64,000 bases of DNA from a virus. The DNA lies in the IMG/VR virus record IMGVR_UViG_3300007512_001547, positions 32,001 through 96,000 of that record; one strand, given 5' to 3'. Positions 19,329 to 29,483 of this stretch are shown here, piece by piece. The position numbers and the translations under genes were made by a program. The notes beneath the pieces are model-generated. The model did no database searches, had not been told where the DNA came from, and saw nothing but the letters and a program-made list of their open reading frames with translations. The number at the start of each line of letters is the position of its first letter. Position 1 is the stretch's first letter.

Positions 19329-20255
19329 ATGAAAGAACTTTGGGTAGAGAAGTATAGACCAAAAACATTAAAAGAATATGTTGTTCGTGATGAAGCACAA
19401 CGACAACAAATACAATCTTGGATAAATGATAAAGCAATTCCACATTTATTATTAAGTGGTGCACCTGGTGTTGGTAAAACTACACTTGCAAAAGTATTAT
19501 TCAACGAACTTGAAGTAAGCAGTTATGATATATTAGAAATAAATGCTTCTAGAGAAAATTCTGTAGATATTGTAAGAGAAAAAATTAATAACTTTGTACA
19601 AATTATGCCATTTGGTGCATACAAATATGTATTACTTGATGAAGCAGACTATATGAGTCCAAATGGACAAGCGGCATTACGTGGTGTAATGGAAACATAT
19701 CATACTTCAGCAAGATTTATAATAACTTGCAATTATCCAAATAGAATTATTCCGGCACTTCATAGTAGATGTCAAGGTTTCCATATGGAAGTAATTGACA
19801 AAACAGAATTTACAGCAAGGGTAGCAGAAATATTAATTTCTGAACAAACTGAACAAGACATTGAAACTCTAGACACTTATGTAAAAGCAACATATCCTGA
19901 TTTAAGAAAATGTATTAATATGATACAGCAAAATTGCAGAGATGGCAAACTTATGCCACCAACAAGTGGAGATTCAGGACAACAAGATTATAGATTACAA
20001 ATGGTTGAGCTGTTTAAAGCAGGTAAAATAAACGAAGCAAGAAAATTAGTATGTAGTCAAGCAAGGCCCGAAGAATGTGAAGAAATATACAGATGGTTGT
20101 ATGATAATTTAGAAATAATATCCAAAGAAGATGAGCTACAAGACAAAGCAGTGCTAATTATTAAGCAGGGATTAGTAGATCATTCATTTGTTGCTGATCC
20201 TGAAATAAATTTAGCAAGTGTTATGATTAAACTAGCAAGGTTAAACAATGGGTAA
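19329..20255 (+). CDS. Clamp loader AAA+ subunit (RFC small/gp44-like)
   Basis: LWVEKYRP, GAPGVGKTT, INAS, LLDEAD, SRC. Confidence 0.93.
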   Translation: MKELWVEKYRPKTLKEYVVRDEAQRQQIQSWINDKAIPHLLLSGAPGVGKTTLAKVLFNELEVSSYDILEINASRENSVDIVREKINNFVQIMPFGAYKYVLLDEADYMSPNGQAALRGVMETYHTSARFIITCNYPNRIIPALHSRCQGFHMEVIDKTEFTARVAEILISEQTEQDIETLDTYVKATYPDLRKCINMIQQNCRDGKLMPPTSGDSGQQDYRLQMVELFKAGKINEARKLVCSQARPEECEEIYRWLYDNLEIISKEDELQDKAVLIIKQGLVDHSFVADPEINLASVMIKLARLNNG

Positions 20256-20526
20256 AAAACATAATAAAAAAAGATTCTTTTGTGTCAAATACATTATAAA
20301 ACCGGATAAAAAGTTTGACGAATTTGTAGAACTATCCAAAAAGAAAATTGGTCCTGGAAAAATGTTAGAATACACTGTGGTGTTAGATCTTGTAAATGAG
20401 GAAATTATTAAGAACGATCTGCCTGGCATACCAGTTGCAGAAAGAGATAATATACCCTATTCACGTATTCTAGACCACTATAAAAAGTGGTATGCCGAAG
20501 CAATTAATACCTTTCTTGAGTCATAG
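20248..20526 (+). CDS. Hypothetical protein
   Basis: Overlapping operon packing. Confidence 0.55.
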   Translation: MGKKHNKKRFFCVKYIIKPDKKFDEFVELSKKKIGPGKMLEYTVVLDLVNEEIIKNDLPGIPVAERDNIPYSRILDHYKKWYAEAINTFLES

Positions 20527-20549
20527 TCTAATCGCTAAATAGTAGCATT

Positions 20550-21032
20550 ATGCATGATGTATTAGATATAATCCGTAACGTACAGTCTTTATACGCAGTA
20601 GGACCTACTTTAACAATTTTAAAAGATTTTGAAAGAGTTTTAGACGAGTTAGATGTGTATGTTTTTCAAAATTGGGAAGATGGTGAATTACTATCAGGAC
20701 CAGTTGATTCAAGACATTTTGTTACTTGTTCATTTATGTGGCCTGCTGATAAAATGCCTGACCCTTCAGGTGGCAAAAGATTGTTAGACAGAGGTTGTAA
20801 AGTTACATATGCAAAAGACGAATTACTAAAACCAAGAGAAATAAAGTCTCCGGAAGATTATAGACCAGGTACAACTAAAGGTAAAATTGATGGGCACGAT
20901 ATTTGGGTAGTAGAGATTAAAATGCCAAAAGAATTAATTGGTAATTTTAAACATGGCAAAGACGAAATTGATAGCCAAGACGAATCTGATATGGGTGCAG
21001 GGGACCTAAATAGTTTAGATGCAACAATTTAA
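20550..21032 (+). CDS. Conserved late hypothetical protein (possibly virion)
   Basis: TAAATA 20536-20541; DFERVLDELDVYVFQNW, MPDPSGG. Confidence 0.6.
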   Translation: MHDVLDIIRNVQSLYAVGPTLTILKDFERVLDELDVYVFQNWEDGELLSGPVDSRHFVTCSFMWPADKMPDPSGGKRLLDRGCKVTYAKDELLKPREIKSPEDYRPGTTKGKIDGHDIWVVEIKMPKELIGNFKHGKDEIDSQDESDMGAGDLNSLDATI

Positions 21033-21759
21033 TGAAGGATTAAAAGCTGGCGATTTAGAAGGCGTTGTTTCAAAAACGTTCTCAGTAGATCAATATAAAT
21101 CAAAAATGGGCGATGACAGGAACATTATGGTTCTTGCATTTGTTGTTAATGGTTTAGCACCAGCAAAAGATTTAGAACGTTTCGCTGAAACTGGATACAA
21201 AGAAGTATTAGATGCAGATGCTACGCCAGGCACAATGGCAGATGGCAAACATAGAGTATTTGTTGAGTTTCAAAGAGATGAAAAAGTTGATCGACACATT
21301 TATAAATTTTTAGAAGACCTTAAAAAATTAACTAATATTGAGACGTTCCATTTTACATATCATAAAAGAGATGTACCATTTGAAGCATCAGCAAAGAATC
21401 TAGCGGATGTATTACCAAGAACACCAATAGCATACACACAAAAAATTAGTTCATTAAGATTAGGTGAAGTAAAAAATTTCTTTGATAAGTTTAATATGAT
21501 GGAATTTAAGTTAGATAACAATATTGTTGACATAAAAAAACAAAATGCAGAAGCACTTAAATTTGAATTACACGCATTTGGTGATACACAAATGATAATA
21601 AACGAAGTAAAAGCATTTAAAATAGATCAAGAAGCAATGAGTGAGTGTATCTACCTCACAAAATATTTTGGACCATATCAAATTACCAAAACTACAGAAG
21701 ACAGATTCATTTTTTCTAAAGGCCAAGAGTCGGCTTTGTTAAGTAAAAGTGGATGGTAA
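21019..21759 (+). CDS. Conserved late hypothetical protein (possibly virion)
   Basis: MQQFNEGL N-terminus; SVDQYKSKMGDD. Confidence 0.6.
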   Translation: MQQFNEGLKAGDLEGVVSKTFSVDQYKSKMGDDRNIMVLAFVVNGLAPAKDLERFAETGYKEVLDADATPGTMADGKHRVFVEFQRDEKVDRHIYKFLEDLKKLTNIETFHFTYHKRDVPFEASAKNLADVLPRTPIAYTQKISSLRLGEVKNFFDKFNMMEFKLDNNIVDIKKQNAEALKFELHAFGDTQMIINEVKAFKIDQEAMSECIYLTKYFGPYQITKTTEDRFIFSKGQESALLSKSGW

Positions 21760-22217
21760 GATTAAGCGAAAATTTCAGTTTACAAGAATTTACTAAAAGT
21801 CAAACTGCTGAACGAAGAGGCATTGATAATACTCCTGTTGAAGGACATTTAGAAAATGCAAAAGCATTATTTGAAAATGTAGTACAACCTGTTAGAGATA
21901 ACTTTGGCGTAACAGTAATTAATTCAGGATATAGAAGTGGTGATTTAAACTATGCAATTGGTGGTTCAAATACTTCACAACATTGTAAAGGACAAGCAGT
22001 AGATATAGAATGTCCAGGCACTCCAAACTATGACGTTGCCAAGTGGATTGAAGATAACCTTGATTTTGACCAATTAATTTTGGAATTTTACACACCAGGC
22101 ATACCAGATTCTGGTTGGATTCATGTTAGTTATAAAACAGAAGACAATCGCAACGCATCATTAACAGCGATGAAAGAAAATGGAAAAACAGTCTACAAGC
22201 CTGGTTTAATTCAATAA
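21753..22217 (+). CDS. Peptidase M15 family, probable endolysin
   Basis: LSENFSLQEF, INSGYRS, SQHCKGQAVD, WIHVS. Confidence 0.85.
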   Translation: MVRLSENFSLQEFTKSQTAERRGIDNTPVEGHLENAKALFENVVQPVRDNFGVTVINSGYRSGDLNYAIGGSNTSQHCKGQAVDIECPGTPNYDVAKWIEDNLDFDQLILEFYTPGIPDSGWIHVSYKTEDNRNASLTAMKENGKTVYKPGLIQ

Positions 22218-22228
22218 ATACGTACATT

Positions 22229-22702
22229 ATGTTCGGACAAATTAGAATGATTTTTACCCTAATTATCATTATGGGTATAGCAGGTGCAGGTATGTATGTT
22301 TTCAAATTGAGAGCAGACAATGCCACACTTAAAGCAAACCAAATACAATTAGAAACTGCTATTACAGAACAGAACAAAGTTCTAGAACAACAAAAAGCAG
22401 ATTTTGAAGCAATCATGGAAAGTAATAAAAAATTAAATGTCTTAATACAAACATTTAAAAAAGATTTAGACGATTTAGATAAAAGATTTAATAAGAAAAA
22501 AAGAGATGTTGGCAAACTAGCAATAGCAAAAACAAAATCAGTTGAAAGAATTATAAACAAAGGTGCTGAGAATGCCCAAAGATGTGTTGAGTTGGCATCA
22601 GGTGCTGAACACACAGAAGAAGAATTAAAAGCAACAAAACGATCGGAGATTAATACGGAATGCCCAAGTTTAGCAAACCCGAGTTACGTACATTATGAGT
22701 AA
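22229..22702 (+). CDS. Probable inner-membrane spanin (Rz-like)
   Basis: N-terminal TM plus long coiled-coil with C-terminal Cys; follows the endolysin; TAAATA 22215-22220. Confidence 0.65.
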   Translation: MFGQIRMIFTLIIIMGIAGAGMYVFKLRADNATLKANQIQLETAITEQNKVLEQQKADFEAIMESNKKLNVLIQTFKKDLDDLDKRFNKKKRDVGKLAIAKTKSVERIINKGAENAQRCVELASGAEHTEEELKATKRSEINTECPSLANPSYVHYE

Positions 22703-23045
22703 AATTATTGCATTAGTATTAATAGTGTTTTTAACTGGTTGTTCAATCGGTGGTGAGAAAAAAATAAAAATATTTTCAGTCGAAGAGCCAAGACAAAAAT
22801 TAGATTATCCAATGCCTACTGCATTACAACTTGAACAACTTAAATGGATAGTCATTACAAGTGCAAACGCAGAAGAAGTATTTAAAAAATTAGAAGAAGC
22901 AGGAATTGATCCTGTATTATTTGGATTAACAGATAAAGATTTTGAAATGCTGGCAAAAAACTTTGCACAAATAAGACAAAAATTACAAGAAACTAACAAT
23001 TTATTAGAAGAATACAAAAAATATTACGAAACGGAAAGTGAATAA
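22695..23045 (+). CDS. Probable outer-membrane lipoprotein spanin (Rz1-like)
   Basis: Lipobox FLTGC; follows the i-spanin candidate. Confidence 0.65.
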   Translation: MSKIIALVLIVFLTGCSIGGEKKIKIFSVEEPRQKLDYPMPTALQLEQLKWIVITSANAEEVFKKLEEAGIDPVLFGLTDKDFEMLAKNFAQIRQKLQETNNLLEEYKKYYETESE

Positions 23046-23272
23046 TGTTTATCTTTCATTGGATTAAAGAATTTTTTTTAACAATATGGTTTTGGATCGT
23101 AGGACATCCTTTGGAACTAACTTATTGGTTTGAAGGAACTGAATTTAAAGTACAAGTACGTAAATTTAAAGAAGTAAAACCAAATCATATTGTTTTTAAA
23201 AATATGGATACTGATAAACACGTTGTTGTTAAATCAGATGTACCAATCAAATATATAGTAAGGGAAAAATAA
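23045..23272 (+). CDS. Hypothetical protein
   Basis: TAATG overlaps. Confidence 0.5.
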   Translation: MFIFHWIKEFFLTIWFWIVGHPLELTYWFEGTEFKVQVRKFKEVKPNHIVFKNMDTDKHVVVKSDVPIKYIVREK

Positions 23273-23709
23273 TGTACGAATATAGATGTAAAGTGTTAAA
23301 AGTAATTGACGGTGATACTGTTGATGTTGATATTGACTTAGGTTTTGGTACGTGGATACACAATGAACGTGTTAGAATTATGGGAATAGACACACCTGAA
23401 TCAAGAACAAGCAATGACATAGAAAAGAAATTTGGATTAGCGGCTAAAAATAGATTACAAGAGTTATTAGGTGAGAATGCTATTTTAAAAACACAAGTAA
23501 GCAAAAAAGGTGAAGATATGAAGGGTAAATTTGGACGTATCCTAGGTAATTTTAAAACTGAAGATGGGCGTATATGTGCAACTATACTTTGTGAAGAAGG
23601 TCATGCTGTGGCTTATTTTGGTGGTGCTAAAGAAGATATACACGAACAACACATTAAAAATAGAAAAAAACTTGTTAAAGAGGGTCTAGTTGAAGGCCCA
23701 ATTCAATAA
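23272..23709 (+). CDS. Thermonuclease (SNase-like)
   Basis: KVIDGDTVDV, RVRIMGIDTPE, GKFGRILG. Confidence 0.88.
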   Translation: MYEYRCKVLKVIDGDTVDVDIDLGFGTWIHNERVRIMGIDTPESRTSNDIEKKFGLAAKNRLQELLGENAILKTQVSKKGEDMKGKFGRILGNFKTEDGRICATILCEEGHAVAYFGGAKEDIHEQHIKNRKKLVKEGLVEGPIQ

Positions 23710-23730
23710 ATACGTATAAAAAGGAAAAAC

Positions 23731-24321
23731 ATGGAATTTATAATAACACTTGCAATGAAATTTTGGCAATGGACTTTAGTGATTGTTTTTATTCTAATAG
23801 GTTGGCTTATAAACGTATTAGATAAAAGAAAACCACCTAAAGTAGAATTTACATATAAAGAATTTCCACATATGCAACCATTAAAAATATCTACAAAAGG
23901 TATAGGATTTTTTAAAGGTATATTAATGTGGATACTATCAACAAGAAACTGGACTGTCACAAAAGATTGGTACTACAACATAAACGGAACTGATTACGTA
24001 ATACCTGCAGGATTTACATTTGATGGTGCAAGTATTCCAAAATTCCTAAGAACTTTTTTCTCTCCAGTTGGAGTATTATTAATGGGTGGACTTGTACACG
24101 ACTACGGTTACAAGTATCAAACACTACTTCTTAAAAACAAAAAAGAAACTATTGGCATTAAAGATCAAAAATGGATGGATAAAACATTCAGAGATATTAA
24201 CATCTTTGTTAACGGGTTTTATACTATGAACTACCTATCATATTGGTCATTGAGACTTGGCGGTTTTATGGCATGGAACGGACACAGAAAAAGAAATGCT
24301 AAAATTGAAGGTATAAAATAA
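23731..24321 (+). CDS. DUF1353-like membrane protein
   Basis: IPAGFTFDGASIP, LVHDYGY; TAAATA 23707-23712. Confidence 0.75.
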   Translation: MEFIITLAMKFWQWTLVIVFILIGWLINVLDKRKPPKVEFTYKEFPHMQPLKISTKGIGFFKGILMWILSTRNWTVTKDWYYNINGTDYVIPAGFTFDGASIPKFLRTFFSPVGVLLMGGLVHDYGYKYQTLLLKNKKETIGIKDQKWMDKTFRDINIFVNGFYTMNYLSYWSLRLGGFMAWNGHRKRNAKIEGIK

Positions 24322-24644
24322 TGGCTGACGATTTAGTTAAAGTTAAAAAAACTACAGAAGAATACGAATTAAAAAAAAGCGATCTTGTTCCAGAAACTGG
24401 TGATGACGCTCCTACGGTAACAAATAAAATTGCAGGATTATTAGATAAATTTAGAGTTATTCCTCGACTAGTAATGTTGGCCTACATCTTTGCTTTTTAT
24501 ACATCAGTTAAATGGTTTATGGGTTTAGAAGATCCAACAAATGCTCAAGCTATGTTTATATCAACAATAGTTGGTGCCGGTGCGGCATTCTTTGGATTGT
24601 ATGTTGGTAAGCCAGGAGCAACACTTCCAAAAAACAAAAAATAA
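24321..24644 (+). CDS. Two-TM membrane protein (holin candidate)
   Basis: RVIPRLVMLAYI and FISTIVGAGAAFFGLYV TM segments; basic C-terminus. Confidence 0.5.
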   Translation: MADDLVKVKKTTEEYELKKSDLVPETGDDAPTVTNKIAGLLDKFRVIPRLVMLAYIFAFYTSVKWFMGLEDPTNAQAMFISTIVGAGAAFFGLYVGKPGATLPKNKK

Positions 24645-24654
24645 TTACCAAACA

Positions 24655-24682
24655 TTGACAATTCACAGATCTGTAATATAAT
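24655..24682 (+). promoter_or_regulatory. Sigma70-like promoter
   Basis: TTGACA-16 nt-TATAAT; ATG 24694. Confidence 0.65.
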
Positions 24683-24693
24683 AATTACTGTAA

Positions 24694-25536
24694 ATGAAGA
24701 ATTATTATGATATGCTAGGTGTGGCTGAAAACGCATCTAATGACCAAATAAAAAAGGCTTTTAAAAGTATTGCTAAAAAAGAACACCCAGATCGTGGTGG
24801 CGATGAAGTAAAATTTAAAGAAGCCAACGAAGCATACGACACATTAAAAGATACAAAGAAAAGACACGAGTATGATACTGTAAGAAAGTATGGTCAAAGT
24901 ATGGGTGGACAAGGTGGAAACTTCCATTTTACTTCAGAAGACTTTTTTGGCGATGATATATTTGAAAATTTCTTTTCTGGATTTGGCGGACCTAATGTGC
25001 GAACAAGATTCCGTCAAAGACAACGTGCAAACAAATCAGTAAATGTACGTATGGCAATATCAATTAAAGAAGCAATGAATAGTATGGAAAAAACTATTAA
25101 CTATAGATTGCCATCAGGCAAAGAAGAATTTGCCACAGTTAAAATACCTGCTGGTATACAACATGGAGTAACTTTCAAATATAAAGGTATGGGAGATAAT
25201 TCACTTAAAAGTATACCACGTGGAGATTTATTAGTACAAATGAGTGTATTAGATTCTGATGGTTATACAAGAGACGGAAACGACTTACATACTAATAAAA
25301 CTATTGATTGTTTTCAAGCTATAAGAGGATGTGTAATAGAATTAAAAACATTAACTGATTCTACTATAAAAGTGCAAGTACCTGCAGGCACACAACCAGA
25401 TACATTAATTGCTTGTAAGGGACAAGGTATGCCTATACACAAAACGTTAAATATTAGAGGAAATCTGTATGTGAAAATTATAGTTTTAATTCCACAACTA
25501 TCAGCTGGTGACTTAAAGAAAATAAAAGATTTATGA
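24694..25536 (+). CDS. DnaJ/CbpA-type co-chaperone (no Zn finger)
   Basis: NYYDMLGV, HPD, G/F-rich linker, IPAG, GDL and GNL C-terminal motifs. Confidence 0.92.
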   Translation: MKNYYDMLGVAENASNDQIKKAFKSIAKKEHPDRGGDEVKFKEANEAYDTLKDTKKRHEYDTVRKYGQSMGGQGGNFHFTSEDFFGDDIFENFFSGFGGPNVRTRFRQRQRANKSVNVRMAISIKEAMNSMEKTINYRLPSGKEEFATVKIPAGIQHGVTFKYKGMGDNSLKSIPRGDLLVQMSVLDSDGYTRDGNDLHTNKTIDCFQAIRGCVIELKTLTDSTIKVQVPAGTQPDTLIACKGQGMPIHKTLNIRGNLYVKIIVLIPQLSAGDLKKIKDL

Positions 25537-26036
25537 TACAATTATTCTCATGGCCACATCAAGTATTAAATGAAGTAAGTTCTGTTTGGACTAAAGAAGA
25601 TTCTATTAAAGGTTACAATGACATAGAACAATTTGAAAATGATATGATAAAATTTATGTTAGAAAATAAAGGAATGGGTCTTGCGGCAAACCAAATAGGG
25701 ATTACCAAGCGATTCTTTGCAATTGGTAGTGATACGTTTGACAAATTTAAAAAACCTGTTATAATATGGAATCCACGGGTGATAACAGAAAGTGAAGAAA
25801 AAGTTATACACGAGGAAGGGTGTTTAAGTTTTAAAGGCATCTTTATAAAAGTAGAAAGACCAAAAGTAATAGAAGTAGAATATGAAACAACGCAAGAAAC
25901 AAAAGAAACAGCAAGACTGGACAACATGGAATCCAAGTGTTTCCAACATGAACTTGATCACCTTGAAGGTATTACGTTTAATAAAAGAATTAGTAAATTA
26001 CGATGGGACATGGCAAAGAAAAAAATAACAGGATAA
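25533..26036 (+). CDS. def: Peptide deformylase
   Basis: GMGLAANQIG, EGCLS, QHELDHLEG. Confidence 0.95.
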   Translation: MIQLFSWPHQVLNEVSSVWTKEDSIKGYNDIEQFENDMIKFMLENKGMGLAANQIGITKRFFAIGSDTFDKFKKPVIIWNPRVITESEEKVIHEEGCLSFKGIFIKVERPKVIEVEYETTQETKETARLDNMESKCFQHELDHLEGITFNKRISKLRWDMAKKKITG

Positions 26037-26251
26037 AAAAGAAAAAGGTATGGAAAATTTTAGATGGAACTTACAAGAAACCAATAGGCAAAGAGGATGT
26101 AGAGAGACTAATAGCGGCAGTACAACAGGAATGCTATTGGGACGACAGAGATGTGGAAACTTGGGACGAAATAAACTCGGGCAAAATAGATTGGAGTGGA
26201 GATGTTAGAAGCAAACGAAAGCCTAGAAAACATATTCGAAAACGCAGTTAA
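26003..26251 (+). CDS. Hypothetical protein
   Basis: Bridges def and clpA by overlaps; start uncertain. Confidence 0.35.
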   Translation: MGHGKEKNNRIKKKKVWKILDGTYKKPIGKEDVERLIAAVQQECYWDDRDVETWDEINSGKIDWSGDVRSKRKPRKHIRKRS

Positions 26252-28544
26252 AGAAGCAGAGAATAGAAAACACGAATACGTTACTATTGAACACGTACTT
26301 CTTGCACTTATAAAAGACGAACATATTAGCACAACACTAACTGAATTTAAAATAAATGTTGCAGGACTAATAAAAGATATTGCAGAATACCTTGATACTA
26401 AATGTAATGATATTATTTCAAAAGCTACAACTAAGGTAGTTCCAAGAAAAACTGCTTCATTAGAAAGATTAATGAATAGAGCGTTTACTCAAGCACTATT
26501 CCAAGGTAGACAAGATGTATCATCAATTGATATTTTAATATCTATATTTTCTGAAAAGAAAAGTTATGGTGCATTTTTCTTAAAGAAACATCAAGTAAAC
26601 AAACAAGATTTACTTGATTTAGTATCAACTGAAACTATACTCGATGAAGGTATGGCAACTTTAGGTGGAGGTTTAAGTGGAGGTCAACCACAATCAGAAC
26701 AAAAACTAAGACCTAACCAAGCAGATAGAGTATTAAAGAGTTATTGTGAAAATTTAAACCAAAAATATTTTGATAAGAAAATTGATCCTGTTATAGGCAG
26801 AGAAGACGAAACAAATCAATTAAAACAGATATTAGCAAGAAGAAATAAAAATAATGTATTAATAGTAGGTGATCCTGGTGTTGGTAAGACAGCAGTGGTA
26901 GAAGGACTAGCAAGACGTATTGCAAAAAACAAAGATGATGTACCTGAATACATTAAGGATCACATAGTTTGGAATTTAGATGTAAACTCTTTAATAGCAG
27001 GATCTAAATTTAGAGGAGATTTTGAAGAAAGATTAAAACTAATTGTAAATGCATTAGACCAAAAAGGCAAATCGATATTGTTTATTGATGAAGCACATAT
27101 GATGGTTGGTGCTGGTGCTACTGGAAGTGGTAATAGCATGGATATGGCTAATATGATTAAACCTGCATTACTAAAAGGTAACATAAAAGTAATTGCATCT
27201 ACTACATGGGAAGAATATAGAAAATATTTTGAAAAAGATAGAGCATTAATGAGAAGGTTCCAAAGATTACAAATAGGTGAGCCTAAAAATGAAACTGCGA
27301 TTAAAATATTAAAAGGTGTAAAACAATATTATGAAAAGTTTCATAAATGCACAATTACTGATGAGGCTTGTGAAGACGCAGTAGAATATTCATCAAAATT
27401 TATAGCAGATAAAAAATTACCTGACAAAGCAATTGATATTATCGACGTTGCCTGTGCAAGATTAAGATTAAATGGAACTAAAGATGGTAAAATAGATCAC
27501 GAAGAAATTATACACGAGATTGCGGCAATAACTGGTATTAGTATTGAACAATTATCTCAAAAACAAGCAAGTAATTTAAAAACATTAGAAGAAAAAATGA
27601 AATTACAAGTGTTTGGGCAAGATAAAGCAATTAACACTATTGTAGACAAAATATTAGTTGCAAGAGCAGGATTAAAAACTTTAAACAAACCAATTGGTTC
27701 ATTTTTATTTTTAGGACCAACAGGTTGTGGTAAAACTGAAACTGCAAGACAATTAGCAAAAACTTTAGGTGTTGAACTATTAAGATTTGACATGTCAGAA
27801 TATCAAGAGAAACATTCTATTGCAAAACTAATTGGATCACCTCCAGGTTACGTTGGATTTGAAGATACTACAATGGGTGGTGGTATGTTTATAAACGAAG
27901 TAGAAAAAAATCCACACGCAGTTGTATTATTTGATGAAGTAGAAAAAGCACATCGTGATGTATCTAATATGTTGTTACAAGTTATGGACTATGGTACAGT
28001 GACTGGTTCTAATGGTAAAAAAGCAGATTGTAGGAATATTACACTTATTATGACTTCTAACCTAGGTGCAGAAGAAATGGAAAGAAACAGTATTGGCTTT
28101 GGTCCTAGTGAAAGAACAGGCGAAGATGATGCCGCATTAAAACGATTCTTCCCACCAGAATTTAGAAACAGATTAGATGCAACAATTAAATTTGATAAAC
28201 TAGCAAAAGACACAATGAAATTAATTGTTAAAAAATTCTTAGCAGAACTTAATGCAATGACCATTGAGAAAAATGTAGAAGTTAATGCTACCAACGAAGC
28301 TATTGAATTTTTAATTAAAAAAGGATTTAATTCTAAAATGGGAGCAAGACCTTTACAAAGAGTTATTGATGATGAAATTAAAAAACCATTATCTCGAATG
28401 ATCTTGTTTGGTGAACTTACAGAAGGCGGAATGGTAGAAGTAAATTTATCTAACGACGTTATACCAAAACTTACAGTTGCATTTAAAACAACTAAAATTA
28501 TAGATAATTTTAAACCTAAAATTAAAAATGAGAATCCATCATAA
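26202..28544 (+). CDS. clpA: ClpA-type Hsp100 AAA+ unfoldase
   Basis: N-domain HEYVTIEH; Walker A GDPGVGKT and GPTGCGKT; FIDEAH, FDEVEK; ClpP-docking IGF loop (SIGFG); no ClpB M-domain. Confidence 0.92.
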   Translation: MLEANESLENIFENAVKEAENRKHEYVTIEHVLLALIKDEHISTTLTEFKINVAGLIKDIAEYLDTKCNDIISKATTKVVPRKTASLERLMNRAFTQALFQGRQDVSSIDILISIFSEKKSYGAFFLKKHQVNKQDLLDLVSTETILDEGMATLGGGLSGGQPQSEQKLRPNQADRVLKSYCENLNQKYFDKKIDPVIGREDETNQLKQILARRNKNNVLIVGDPGVGKTAVVEGLARRIAKNKDDVPEYIKDHIVWNLDVNSLIAGSKFRGDFEERLKLIVNALDQKGKSILFIDEAHMMVGAGATGSGNSMDMANMIKPALLKGNIKVIASTTWEEYRKYFEKDRALMRRFQRLQIGEPKNETAIKILKGVKQYYEKFHKCTITDEACEDAVEYSSKFIADKKLPDKAIDIIDVACARLRLNGTKDGKIDHEEIIHEIAAITGISIEQLSQKQASNLKTLEEKMKLQVFGQDKAINTIVDKILVARAGLKTLNKPIGSFLFLGPTGCGKTETARQLAKTLGVELLRFDMSEYQEKHSIAKLIGSPPGYVGFEDTTMGGGMFINEVEKNPHAVVLFDEVEKAHRDVSNMLLQVMDYGTVTGSNGKKADCRNITLIMTSNLGAEEMERNSIGFGPSERTGEDDAALKRFFPPEFRNRLDATIKFDKLAKDTMKLIVKKFLAELNAMTIEKNVEVNATNEAIEFLIKKGFNSKMGARPLQRVIDDEIKKPLSRMILFGELTEGGMVEVNLSNDVIPKLTVAFKTTKIIDNFKPKIKNENPS

Positions 28545-29208
28545 TAAATTATATTACGGTAAGTACCAATTTAAAAATATCTTTAAAATGCCATGGGCAG
28601 GTATTTTATATCCCACAACAGATCAAAAACTTTTAGAGATGATTCAAGGTAAAGATAAAAGTGTAAGGTATCTTAATACAAAATGGTATAAAACATCACC
28701 AGATGTAATTAAATTAGCACAATTTATTTTAGATCATAGAACAAAAATGAAATTTAGGCTACAACAAAAGTATGCAATTTTTTATTCTAATAAAAGTCTG
28801 GCACAATTATTAATTGAAACATTTTGGGATTCTTGGTATGGAGCAAAAAGCATTGATCCAAAATATAATAAATTAGGTAAAAATACAATTGGGTGTCGAA
28901 GATTACCACACGACAAATATCAATATCAAATACATTTAAAGAAAGACGTACATCAACATATTACAAAACAAGAAAGACAAAACCTATGGCACTTCTTAGA
29001 ACGAAATGTGGATAACTGTTTAGTTACTAACAAATATGTATTAGACTATCTTGAAGGAAAATATCCACATTGTTATCACGGGTATTTTTATGTAAGTGAG
29101 CAAAAAATGTTAACTCCAATCTATATGTTAGCACAAAAAGCAATAGATAAAGTTATAAAATATGTAAAAATAAAAAATGAAAGCAATAAAAAAATTAAAA
29201 GAAAATAA
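28528..29208 (+). CDS. Hypothetical protein
   Basis: KLYYGKY and KLPHDKYQY patterns; operon packing. Confidence 0.55.
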   Translation: MRIHHNKLYYGKYQFKNIFKMPWAGILYPTTDQKLLEMIQGKDKSVRYLNTKWYKTSPDVIKLAQFILDHRTKMKFRLQQKYAIFYSNKSLAQLLIETFWDSWYGAKSIDPKYNKLGKNTIGCRRLPHDKYQYQIHLKKDVHQHITKQERQNLWHFLERNVDNCLVTNKYVLDYLEGKYPHCYHGYFYVSEQKMLTPIYMLAQKAIDKVIKYVKIKNESNKKIKRK

Positions 29209-29473
29209 TATATTTGGGGAAGATTCTATTGTAGAGTCCTTTATTGAAAAACAATTATGGGGAACACCGTTTTTTAAGAAAGCATATTTACGAGTAAAAA
29301 TTGCAAAAAATAATTATTGTATTTGTGAAGAACGTGGTGAGGCTGACGGTAAAGCACACAAAATAAAATACATTAATATACTGACTGTTGATGGGCAAGA
29401 ACCAAACGAATTGGCCGCAGTATATGGATTAGGTCCAAAAACCGAAAGATTCAAGAAGCATAGAAACAAATAA
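29177..29473 (+). CDS. Hypothetical protein
   Basis: Operon packing. Confidence 0.55.
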   Translation: MKAIKKLKENNIFGEDSIVESFIEKQLWGTPFFKKAYLRVKIAKNNYCICEERGEADGKAHKIKYINILTVDGQEPNELAAVYGLGPKTERFKKHRNK

Positions 29474-29483
29474 ATAACAACAA

